Of a stretch of 38,125 bases of DNA, positions 9,519-17,670 are shown one piece after another (positions within the stretch are counted from its first letter, which is position 1; the number at the start of each line of letters is the position of its first letter). The notes under the pieces were generated by a model. It saw nothing but the letters and a program-made list of their open reading frames with translations. It did not search any database and had not been told where the DNA came from. A program made the translations under genes and the position numbers. The DNA is from Candidatus Woesearchaeota archaeon (GTDB lineage Archaea; Nanobdellota; Nanobdellia; Woesearchaeales; ARS49): positions 1-38,125 of the forward strand of contig JACPID010000005.1 of the NCBI GenBank assembly GCA_016188265.1, read 5' to 3'.

Positions 9519-9932
9519 TTATATTTTTTTTTCTATCACATGGCCCATTTTTTCTAATGTTTTTTTCCACATCAGCCCTATTTTCATAAGATCACTACTG
9601 AACTTTGTGCTTATTTTATATGTTTTTTTGTATAAATCATAATCAATTAAGCCCATTGATTTCATAGGTGTTAATATTCTGTCATAAAATTGTCTTTTAT
9701 TATAACTTAATTTTGCTCTTTTTCCTTTATAAGGTTCATACTCTAAAACACTTTCATATTGTCCTTCATGCAGTTTTGTTGCAAATAAGCTCATTTCTGT
9801 TTTAGTTATTTCTCCATTGTTTTGAATCATGTATTTTATTAATTCTTTTGCAACAATTTTTTGTTGTTCTGTAGCAAATGTTATTTCAAAAACATCTTCT
9901 GAAAGGTTAAATCGATCGTATAAAATAACCAT
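9519..9932 (-). CDS. Hypothetical protein, probable winged-helix DNA-binding
   Basis: 137 aa; QFYDRILTPMKSMGLIDYDLYKKTYKIS resembles a wHTH recognition helix and wing; TATA upstream; divergent from ftsZ. Confidence 0.7.
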   Translation of the reverse strand: MVILYDRFNLSEDVFEITFATEQQKIVAKELIKYMIQNNGEITKTEMSLFATKLHEGQYESVLEYEPYKGKRAKLSYNKRQFYDRILTPMKSMGLIDYDLYKKTYKISTKFSSDLMKIGLMWKKTLEKMGHVIEKKI

Positions 9933-10004
9933 ATTATCGTCTAGAAGCTATTAGTATATAAAAATTTCTCCTTTTTCTGACAAAACTATCAAGATATACT
10001 AAAT

Positions 10005-10062
10005 CGAAACATTTATATATAAGTATTAGTTTTATTATATCAGTATACAAATCATGTATACT
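10005..10062 (+). promoter_or_regulatory. ftsZ promoter (BRE/TATA) with perfect inverted repeat at the predicted transcription start
   Basis: CGAAAC-A-TTTATATA (TATA 10012-10019); AGTATACA-N5-TGTATACT at 10042-10062. Confidence 0.55.
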
Positions 10063-10241
10063 CACCGCGAGGGAACCTATACTTCCTGTATAGGATCAAA
10101 GAGGTGAAGTTGAAAAAGGGCTCTCCACCTTTTTCTGTTTTTTTCCCCCAAAAAAAAAACACCCATAAAACTTTCCACATCAAAGACCAAAAATATGAAA
10201 AAAAGAGGAGGTGAGCCCCCAGAGACCTGGAGGCAACAAAT

Positions 10242-11306
10242 ATGGACATATTTGTAAAAAACGCATTGAAACAAAGCTTGCCTGAGAACAATGAAGTTGA
10301 TTTTGGACAAGCTAATATTAAAGTTATCGGCTGTGGTGGTGCTGGTAACAATATGGTTAGTTGGTTATATAAAAAAGGAGTAAGAGGTGCAGAGATTCTT
10401 GCTTGTAATACTGATAACCAGCATCTTCATATCTCTGAAGCTGATAAAAAATTCTTAATAGGAAGAGATTTAACTCGCGGTCTTGGTTGCGGAGGATTCC
10501 CTCAAAGGGGAGCAGAAGCAGCACAAGAAAGCCTTCTTCAAATAAAAGAAGTTTTAAGAAATGCTGATATGGTGTTTGTGTGTGCAGGAATGGGCGGAGG
10601 AACTGGAACAGGAGCTGCTCCTGTTGTTGCACAAACTGCTAAAGACGCAGGATCAATTGTAATTGGAACTGTTACAATGCCTTTCAGCATTGAGCGTGCA
10701 CGTATTGATAAAGCCGAATTTGGATTGCAACAATTAAGGCAAGTCTGTGATACTGTTATTGTAATAGATAATAATCGTTTAGTTGAAATTGCAGGAAATC
10801 TTCCTGTGCAACAAGCTTTTGCAGTAGCAAATGAACTTGTAGCTACAATGATTAAAGGAATTGTTGAAACAATTGCAATGCCTAGTTTAGTAAACTTAGA
10901 TTATGCAGATGTTAAAGCAATAATGACTAATGGCGGTGTTGCTGCTATTGGTGTTGGTGTTAGTGACACAAATAATCGTACAGAAGAAGCAGTTCAAGGA
11001 GCATTGTCAAATCCTTTACTTGACATTAGTTATAAAGGTGCAACAGGTGCTTTAATTCATGTGTGGGGCGGACCTGATCTTACACTTGATGAAATTAACC
11101 GTGTTGGTACTTTAGTAACTGAACAAATGGATGAAGATGCAAACGTTATCTGGGGCGCTAGAGTTACTGATGATATGAAAGGAAAACTTATGGTTATGAC
11201 TATTGTTACAGGAGTTGAAAGCCCATGGATTCTTGGCAAACAAGATAACCAATCTAAATCAAGAGCAAAGAAGTTTAGTGAAGAACTTGGTATTGATGTA
11301 TTATAA
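10242..11306 (+). CDS. ftsZ: Cell division GTPase FtsZ
   Basis: GCGGAGNN, GMGGGTGTG tubulin signature, NLDYAD T7 loop, archaeal C-terminal ELGID motif. Confidence 0.97.
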   Translation: MDIFVKNALKQSLPENNEVDFGQANIKVIGCGGAGNNMVSWLYKKGVRGAEILACNTDNQHLHISEADKKFLIGRDLTRGLGCGGFPQRGAEAAQESLLQIKEVLRNADMVFVCAGMGGGTGTGAAPVVAQTAKDAGSIVIGTVTMPFSIERARIDKAEFGLQQLRQVCDTVIVIDNNRLVEIAGNLPVQQAFAVANELVATMIKGIVETIAMPSLVNLDYADVKAIMTNGGVAAIGVGVSDTNNRTEEAVQGALSNPLLDISYKGATGALIHVWGGPDLTLDEINRVGTLVTEQMDEDANVIWGARVTDDMKGKLMVMTIVTGVESPWILGKQDNQSKSRAKKFSEELGIDVL

Positions 11307-11309
11307 ATA

Positions 11310-11327
11310 TTTTTTTTCTTTTTTTTT
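11310..11327 (+). terminator. Oligo-T archaeal terminator after ftsZ
   Basis: T8-C-T9 directly after the ftsZ stop. Confidence 0.5.
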
Positions 11328-11416
11328 AAATTATTTTTTATTGAACTAGACATTTTTGTGCCTAATTTGACTTATTTAAGAAACCTTTTTATACCACTTT
11401 ATTAATAATTATATTG

Positions 11417-12076
11417 ATGCAAAAGCAAGTTAGTATTAAAAATGTTAATCAAACTGTTTGGAAGTTAATAAGAGAAGATCTTGCACTTCAAAAAGATTTG
11501 CAGCGCAAACTTATAAATATGCGTGCACTTGCTAATTTTTTAATAAAAAAGCATTCTCTAACTGCTTCTCTTGATGCAGTTATCTCTGCAATTAGAAGAT
11601 TTCAAACTCAAGAAGAATTTAAAGAAGAAGAAAAACAACTTATCAACATATTTAAAGATTCAATTATTTCCACAAGAAATAATGTTGTATGCATTACTTT
11701 AACATTATCTTCTAGTGAATTATTTGATAAACTTTGCAATGTAAACAATAATAACAATGCTCATCTTAAATTTACAACAGGTGATAGAGAATTAAAGATC
11801 ATGACTGATTTAAATGCAGTGAATCATGTTGTTTCATTATTTCCAAAACAGCATATTAAATTAATAATCAATGATCTTAGTGAGATTAGTATTTTAACTT
11901 CTGAAAAGGTTTTGCATACAAAGGGTGTTTTAGCAAGGATGGCTAATGAGCTGGCTCTTGCTAATATTAATTTAGAGGAAATTATTATTTGCCCGCCTGA
12001 ATTTTTTTTATATGTTAAACAAAGTGATATTGTGAAGGCGCACGATTCTATTTTAAAACTAGTTCAAAAAGCTTAA
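11417..12076 (+). CDS. Archaeal ACT-domain-containing protein
   Basis: INMRALA...DAVISAIRR N-terminus and TKGVLARMANELALANINL ACT-like C-terminus; ATG at 11417 (TTG 11414 alternative). Confidence 0.7.
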   Translation: MQKQVSIKNVNQTVWKLIREDLALQKDLQRKLINMRALANFLIKKHSLTASLDAVISAIRRFQTQEEFKEEEKQLINIFKDSIISTRNNVVCITLTLSSSELFDKLCNVNNNNNAHLKFTTGDRELKIMTDLNAVNHVVSLFPKQHIKLIINDLSEISILTSEKVLHTKGVLARMANELALANINLEEIIICPPEFFLYVKQSDIVKAHDSILKLVQKA

Positions 12077-12113
12077 AAATTAGCACGCAGTTTAGAGTCT
12101 ATAGCGGGGTTTT

Positions 12114-12617
12114 ATGCATTTAATAGATGATAAAGGTAAGATATTTGGAGCAATCAATGTTATAGATCTGACTGTTTTGTTATTTGTAATACTTTCTGGA
12201 TTAACATTCTACAAATATATTATTCTTCAGGACTGGCCTGTTATTTTAAACCAAACACTGGAAAAGTTTAGTCCACAGCAAAAAATTCAAGAGCCTGTTG
12301 TTAAAAAAAAAATAACTTTATTAGTTGAAGACCAGCCTGAATTTATTAAAGATGCTGTTAAACCAGGACTGAAAATTTATAGAGATAATAGTGTTGCAGC
12401 TCTTGTTGAAAGTGTTAAAATAATTGCAAATAAAAATAAGTATGATTTAGTAATTAATTTGTTGGCTACTTTAGAAAAAAATCAAAATAATTTAATTTTG
12501 AAAAATGATGCTATTGTTAAAATAAATAAAGAACTAAAATTAAATACAGAGCTTCTTGACCTTACAGGAATTGTTGTTGATATTAAAGATGTTGAGCAAA
12601 ATACAAGTATGGATTGA
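12114..12617 (+). CDS. DUF4330-like membrane-anchored protein
   Basis: N-terminal LIDDKGKIFGAINVIDL followed by one TM helix. Confidence 0.7.
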   Translation: MHLIDDKGKIFGAINVIDLTVLLFVILSGLTFYKYIILQDWPVILNQTLEKFSPQQKIQEPVVKKKITLLVEDQPEFIKDAVKPGLKIYRDNSVAALVESVKIIANKNKYDLVINLLATLEKNQNNLILKNDAIVKINKELKLNTELLDLTGIVVDIKDVEQNTSMD

Positions 12618-12834
12618 GAATAGTTTTTATCATAAAATTATTAATTGCTTTTTAAATAAATTATTCTCTGCTTATCAAAAAATAAACACACAAAAATTTC
12701 AAAAACTAAAATATTACTTTAAGCAAAGCTATATTTATTATTGGTTTATGGAAAAACCAATCAGGGAAATCGATGTTTTTAGCGGAAGTATTTTTATTAA
12801 AACTCTTTTAAAATTGTTTAGAATCAAATCCTGA
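12592..12834 (+). CDS. Small hypothetical protein
   Basis: ORF overlapping the upstream gene end; likely TTG start at 12592 (MSKIQVWIENS...). Confidence 0.45.
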   Translation: MSKIQVWIENSFYHKIINCFLNKLFSAYQKINTQKFQKLKYYFKQSYIYYWFMEKPIREIDVFSGSIFIKTLLKLFRIKS

Positions 12835-12969
12835 TTAACAAATACATTCTTTAACAGGATACTCGCATGCATCACAGCTTTTAACAAGCTGAACATGGCA
12901 TTGTTCACAATATCCTGGAATATTATGTTTGTGCTTGCATGTTGGACAAATATATGTTAGTTTTGGCAT
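12835..12969 (-). CDS. 44-aa Cys-rich metal-binding microprotein (not in ORF track)
   Basis: MPKLTYICPTCKHKHNIPGYCEQCHVQLVKSCDACEYPVKECIC*; SD GAGGTGA overlapping the gap stop codon, 3 nt before the ATG. Confidence 0.75.
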   Translation of the reverse strand: MPKLTYICPTCKHKHNIPGYCEQCHVQLVKSCDACEYPVKECIC

Positions 12970-12972
12970 TGT

Positions 12973-13968
12973 TCACCTCATTAATTCTTTTGCAACATCA
13001 ACAACACGACAGCTATAACCCCATTCATTATCATACCACCCGCTTACGCAAACTAAGTTTCCTTCTAAAACATTTGTTGATAATGAATCAAAAACACAAG
13101 AATTGCTATTTTTAATAATATCTGTGCTTACTAATGGCTCATCACAATATTGTAATACTTCTTTTAATTCTTTCATTGCAGCTATTTTAAATAATTTGTT
13201 AACTTCTTCACTGCTTGTTGATTTTTTTACTGTAGCAACAAAACTAACATAGCTTCCATTAACAACTGGAACTCGTAGTGCAAATCCGTCAAGCTTTCCT
13301 TTAAGTTCTGGAATAACTTCTGCAACTGTTTTTGCAGCTCCTGTTGTGCTTGGAATAATGTTAACTGCAGCTGCTCTTCCTCTTCTTAAATCTTCAGAAG
13401 GGCCATCCACAACTCTTTGAGTTGCTGTATATGCATGTGTTGTAATCATAAAACCATTTATTACTCCTAAATTTTTATTAAGAACATGAACCATTGGTGC
13501 AAGTGCATTAGTTGTACAAGATGCATTGCTTACTATATTGTGCTGTTTTGAATTATACCTATCAAGATTCACTCCTTTAACAACAGTAATATCAGGTCCT
13601 TTAGTAGGAGCTGTTATAAGCACCTTTTTTGCGCCAGCACTTATATGCTTCTCCAAGTCCTCTCTTTGAGTAAAAAAACCAGTGCTTTCAATAACAACAT
13701 CAACACCTAATTGTTTCCAAGGAAGTTTTTTTGGATCTTTTTCAGACAATACTTTTATTCTTTTACCATTAATTATCAAAGTATCATCTGTTGATTGCAC
13801 TGTTCCTGGAAATCTTCCAAAAACAGAATCATACTTAAACAAGTAAGCAAGTGTTTTAGTATCAGTTAAATCATTAACAGCAACCCACTGTATTTTCTTT
13901 TCATTAAGCCCTGCCTGAAGAACTTGTCTTCCTATGCGTCCAAAACCATTAATTGCTATTCTTACCAT
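12973..13968 (-). CDS. gap: Type I (bacterial-type) glyceraldehyde-3-phosphate dehydrogenase
   Basis: INGFGRIGR, ESTG, SNASCTTN, TTGAAK, WYDNEWGYS. Confidence 0.96.
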   Translation of the reverse strand: MVRIAINGFGRIGRQVLQAGLNEKKIQWVAVNDLTDTKTLAYLFKYDSVFGRFPGTVQSTDDTLIINGKRIKVLSEKDPKKLPWKQLGVDVVIESTGFFTQREDLEKHISAGAKKVLITAPTKGPDITVVKGVNLDRYNSKQHNIVSNASCTTNALAPMVHVLNKNLGVINGFMITTHAYTATQRVVDGPSEDLRRGRAAAVNIIPSTTGAAKTVAEVIPELKGKLDGFALRVPVVNGSYVSFVATVKKSTSSEEVNKLFKIAAMKELKEVLQYCDEPLVSTDIIKNSNSCVFDSLSTNVLEGNLVCVSGWYDNEWGYSCRVVDVAKELMR

Positions 13969-14135
13969 TTATTCACCTATTTCAGTTATTTCTTTAAAAT
14001 ACAGGTATAAATAGTTTTCTAAAACTAAGCTTTTGCATTTTCCGATTTACTATTTCTTTTAGGAGTCTATTTTAGCTCCGTTTCAACATGGTGATTTCAT
14101 CATAAATTAAGATAAGCTTCATATATAACAAATAC

Positions 14136-14153
14136 TTCACAATAAATAGTGAA
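14136..14153. promoter_or_regulatory. Candidate TA operator
   Basis: TTCAC-N8-GTGAA between a TATA-like ATATATAA and the toxin ATG. Confidence 0.35.
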
Positions 14154-14159
14154 TAAGTT

Positions 14160-14402
14160 ATGGATATAAGCGGATATAAGATTCGACCAAGCAAGCATTT
14201 TATATTAACATGGATGAGAAAATGGGATATAAATATTGATTCATTAAAAAATATTATAGAAAATTCATACAAATTTGATAAAGTTGGAAAAAATAAATAT
14301 AAATCTTATACTAAAAGTAAAGGCAGTAGTAAAAAATTAATATTTATTAAAGATGATGAGCATAAAGAAATATTTATTATAACAGGAGCTGAGAGAAAAT
14401 GA
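14160..14402 (+). CDS. Putative type II toxin (DUF4258/RelE-like fold)
   Basis: 80 aa basic protein, PSKHF N-terminus and IFIITG C-terminal strand; ATGA overlap with the downstream zinc-finger gene. Confidence 0.55.
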   Translation: MDISGYKIRPSKHFILTWMRKWDINIDSLKNIIENSYKFDKVGKNKYKSYTKSKGSSKKLIFIKDDEHKEIFIITGAERK

Positions 14403-14740
14403 AAAAATGTTTAGTTTGTGAAAAAGGAAATTTAGGAAAAGTCGGAGACATAACACTGGATTTAGAGGGTTATGTATCTCTCTTGAAAGGAGAAAGATGC
14501 GATAACTGCAAAGAAGAGTTTCCTTATGAAGAAGAAACTGAAAGAGCAATATCAGCAGCCAGAAAACTTGGTGTATGGCCTGAACCAATGAAGCTTCATA
14601 GGCATTTATCAAAGAGCGGCGGAGGTCTTATATTTAGAGTGCCGAGCGATATTGAAAAACAGCTTAATCTAGATGAGAGTACAGAGATTGAAATAACAAA
14701 AATCGGAAAAAAAATAGTAATAGAACCAGTAAATACATGA
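14399..14740 (+). CDS. Putative antitoxin: YgiT/MqsA-type zinc finger fused to AbrB/MazE DNA-binding domain
   Basis: CLVC...CDNCKEE zinc ribbon; LSKSGGGLIFRVPSDIEKQLNL...KIVIEP is AbrB-like. Confidence 0.7.
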   Translation: MKKCLVCEKGNLGKVGDITLDLEGYVSLLKGERCDNCKEEFPYEEETERAISAARKLGVWPEPMKLHRHLSKSGGGLIFRVPSDIEKQLNLDESTEIEITKIGKKIVIEPVNT

Positions 14741-14760
14741 ATTATTATTTATTCTGGAAG

Positions 14761-14852
14761 CGTCAAGAACTACCAGTCAATAGACAAGTAGTGGTTCTTG
14801 ACGTCCCAAAATACCAATACTAAACCACTAGTGAAACAATAGTGGTATTTTG
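14761..14852. repeat. Palindromic element copy (family of 3637-3801)
   Basis: CGTCAAGAAC (14761-14770)/GTTCTTGACG (14794-14803) enclosing GTCAATAGAC; CAAAATACCA (14807-14816)/TGGTATTTTG (14843-14852); CCACTAGTGAAACAATAGTGG matches the reverse complement of 3770-3790 at 20/21. Confidence 0.85.
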
Positions 14853-15527
14853 TAACGTAAACAAGTTGCTTCTAGGATTAAGTGTGTAAGATTCTAATGT
14901 GTTTTTAATATTTTGTGATTCGCTATAAGCAAGAAATCCTGAATTTTTATCATAACACTCTAGATTTTTATCAACAATAAAGCATTGAACTTCTTCTCCT
15001 AATTGAACTGGTTGTGAAGTTCGTTCTATGCTCATATTTTGAATGTTTTGAATAAGATCTGTGTGTTGGAATTTGTCATAAAATTTTTGATAATCTTCTT
15101 CACTTATTTTTTTTGAATCACACTCCCATAAGTCTTCACTCCATGCACATTTATCATAGCTTAATTTATCTACGCGTTCATATTGTTTTTGCTCATCAAA
15201 AATTTCTTCTGCCTCTGCTTCAATTAAAATAAAATAATTTTCCTGATAAGTAATTATGGCTGAGTTTTTAACTGCCAAAGTTGCTTTATTAACAAAATTA
15301 ATGCCTTTATCAAGAGTGCTGGTTGTTTTATAGTTTACTTCATAAGCAGGATAATTTTTTACTTTTTGAATATATGAAATTAATTCTTGTTGTGGAGATA
15401 TACTTTCAGAAATAATTGCTTTTTGTTGAACAGGTTCAGATTCTGCTTCTATTGCAGGTTTTTCTTTAGGTAGTGGAATGCATGAAATTAAAAACAGGAT
15501 TATTAAAAAAATTAAGTATTTACTCAT
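14820..15527 (-). CDS. Putative lipoprotein/secreted protein
   Basis: Signal peptide with lipobox-like LISC; CF...EC motif shared with the upstream gene. Confidence 0.7.
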   Translation of the reverse strand: MSKYLIFLIILFLISCIPLPKEKPAIEAESEPVQQKAIISESISPQQELISYIQKVKNYPAYEVNYKTTSTLDKGINFVNKATLAVKNSAIITYQENYFILIEAEAEEIFDEQKQYERVDKLSYDKCAWSEDLWECDSKKISEEDYQKFYDKFQHTDLIQNIQNMSIERTSQPVQLGEEVQCFIVDKNLECYDKNSGFLAYSESQNIKNTLESYTLNPRSNLFTLQNTTIVSLVV

Positions 15528-16162
15528 TCTAATCTCCCCGGCAGGTTAAAAAATTCTGGTTGTACATAAGTTTCTAATTTTTCTGCTTGAAGTACAATTT
15601 TTCCTTCACTTTCTATAGTTTGTTCAGTATACAGTAATGCGCCGTTTTCAGTCCAACAATTAATTTCTTCATCTATATTGAAACAATAAGCTTTTTGTTC
15701 TGCAATGCTCTTATCTTTTGTTTTTTGAACATTAACACTAGATAATTGTTCCAGGGATAATGGAAATTGAGCAATTCTTAATAATGATTTATCTGTTTTT
15801 TTTTCACAAATTTGCTGACTGCAAGAATATAGGTTATTATCAATTTTTAAAACTGAAACTATACTTTCTTCCCTGCCAGTATTTATGGTAAAGTCATAGC
15901 GTTTTTTATTGTTTTGTTGAGCAAAAACAATATTTGTTAAGTAAGGTATTTGTGGTTTTTCTTTTAGAATGCTAAAACTAATTTTGCCACTCCACTGTTG
16001 CCCTCTTAAAAGAAGTGAACGCAGTACTTCTTGAGTTTTTGGGTCTGTTTTTATTTCAGTTTTTTTTTCAAGAAATATATCTTTTTCTGTTGCAGGAAGT
16101 CCTTCTTCTGAAACAAATGCAAAATAAATTGCAAGCCCTAGAAATAGAACTGCTAAAGACAT
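15524..16162 (-). CDS. Membrane-anchored secreted protein, distant paralog of 14820-15527 (start possibly ATT 16195)
   Basis: N-terminal TM; AYCF..NCW..G.LLY and FFNLP C-terminus; ATGA overlap with the next gene. Confidence 0.7.
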   Translation of the reverse strand: MSLAVLFLGLAIYFAFVSEEGLPATEKDIFLEKKTEIKTDPKTQEVLRSLLLRGQQWSGKISFSILKEKPQIPYLTNIVFAQQNNKKRYDFTINTGREESIVSVLKIDNNLYSCSQQICEKKTDKSLLRIAQFPLSLEQLSSVNVQKTKDKSIAEQKAYCFNIDEEINCWTENGALLYTEQTIESEGKIVLQAEKLETYVQPEFFNLPGRLE

Positions 16163-16262
16163 ACTAATAATGATTGAAATAGTTGAAATCTTAATAATTT
16201 CACCTCTGAATACATAATTATAGGGAAATATATAAAAATATTCCTACATTACTGGTAAAGTT

Positions 16263-17249
16263 ATGAGAGATATTGTTTTATTCAGTATTTCATTAATACT
16301 GATATCAACAGTTGTTTTAGGCGGGTATAATTATCATACAACAGTAACTGGACAAATAATTAGAGATTATACTGAAAAAGCAACTGTCTTAAATAATCAG
16401 ATTAATACATTAAAAGAAAATTATGATAAGCAACTGACAGAACAGCAGCAATATTTAAATCAACAAGCCACAGCACTGATTGTTGCTCAAGAAGGTGTTG
16501 AAGAGCTTCAAACAAAAAGCTCTGAATTAAAAAAAGAGCTTAACTCACAAGTACAAGTTATTCAAGGAACTATTGAAACAGTTAAAGAACAAAATGAACA
16601 ACTAGCACAATTATCAAGCCAGTTAAAACAAGTTGAGATATCAAGTGTTTCTAAAATAAGTGACTTGCAAAAACAATTGGCAAATCTAGACATAAGTGAG
16701 GATTTTTCAAACATAATTGCGCAAGTGCTTCCTTCAGTTGTTAGTATTCGTGCTGGAAGTAATGTTGGAAGTGGAGCAATTATTAAATCTAATGGTTATG
16801 TTATAACTAATAAACATGTTATTGAAGGACAAAATAGTATAACAGTTAAAACATTTGACCAACAAACATTTACAGCCAGTTTAGTCAGCTCAGCTAATCA
16901 AATAGATCTTGCTTTGCTTAAAATAAATGCAACATCTTTACCTGCGCTAACTTTTGCTAATTCAGATAATATACAAGTTGGAGAAAAAGCAGTAGCGCTT
17001 GGAAGCCCTTTAGGATTAGAATTTACTGTAACAGAAGGAATAATTAGTTCATTAAATAGAGTGATTAATGGAGTAAAATATGTTCAGACAGATGTCCCTA
17101 TTAATCCTGGAAACAGCGGAGGGCCTTTAGTTAATAAATTAGGGCAAATCATAGGAATAAATACAATGAAACTTTCAGGCTATGAAGGAATAGGATTTGC
17201 AATATCAAGCAATGAAGTAGTAAATGCTGTTAATAATATTGTTCAGTAA
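16263..17249 (+). CDS. S1C (HtrA/DegP-like) serine protease with coiled-coil stalk, no PDZ
   Basis: N-terminal TM, Gln-rich coiled coil, GSG, TNKHV, DLALL, INPGNSGGPL. Confidence 0.9.
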   Translation: MRDIVLFSISLILISTVVLGGYNYHTTVTGQIIRDYTEKATVLNNQINTLKENYDKQLTEQQQYLNQQATALIVAQEGVEELQTKSSELKKELNSQVQVIQGTIETVKEQNEQLAQLSSQLKQVEISSVSKISDLQKQLANLDISEDFSNIIAQVLPSVVSIRAGSNVGSGAIIKSNGYVITNKHVIEGQNSITVKTFDQQTFTASLVSSANQIDLALLKINATSLPALTFANSDNIQVGEKAVALGSPLGLEFTVTEGIISSLNRVINGVKYVQTDVPINPGNSGGPLVNKLGQIIGINTMKLSGYEGIGFAISSNEVVNAVNNIVQ

Positions 17250-17289
17250 ATAAAAACAGCTTTGGTGGAAATTATAGGATTTTTTTATT

Positions 17290-17586
17290 TTGTCTAGTTC
17301 TAGAGCAGTAAGTTATTTAAACTGCCAGCAAATTCCTATTTGTATGGCTGACGCAAAAGTTGGAGATACAAAGTATTACCATGAGTCTGGAGATGTTTAC
17401 AAAGTTGAAGTTCTTGATGTTCAAGAAAGAGCTTATGAAAAAACTATAGGGGAAGAGTATAAACTTCGAATTTTAGAGGTAGTTGATACTGATGTTAAAA
17501 ATCCTCCAACTTGTGGATTGGAATTTGTTGTTTGGAAAGCTAAAGATTGTCGCGGTTATTCTCTTTGGCATTTATTAGATACATAA
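17290..17586 (+). CDS. Hypothetical protein
   Basis: 98 aa ORF (TTG start; ATG 17344 alternative); beta-rich. Confidence 0.55.
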   Translation: MSSSRAVSYLNCQQIPICMADAKVGDTKYYHESGDVYKVEVLDVQERAYEKTIGEEYKLRILEVVDTDVKNPPTCGLEFVVWKAKDCRGYSLWHLLDT

Positions 17587-17670
17587 TACCGTTACTTTGC
17601 TATTAAATATCTTATTGAATAGCTCCTATTTTTCTAACATATTGGTTATTTTGAGCTAGAAAGAGAATTT

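Noticed and set aside
10052..10351. Minus-strand ORFs of 99 and 77 aa at the ftsZ 5' region
   Set aside because: Antisense to ftsZ and its leader, no motif; not a CdrS-like protein
12896..12976. 13-bp direct repeat TGGCATTGTTCAC
   Set aside because: Only two copies, explained by coding sequence and SD/start of the microprotein
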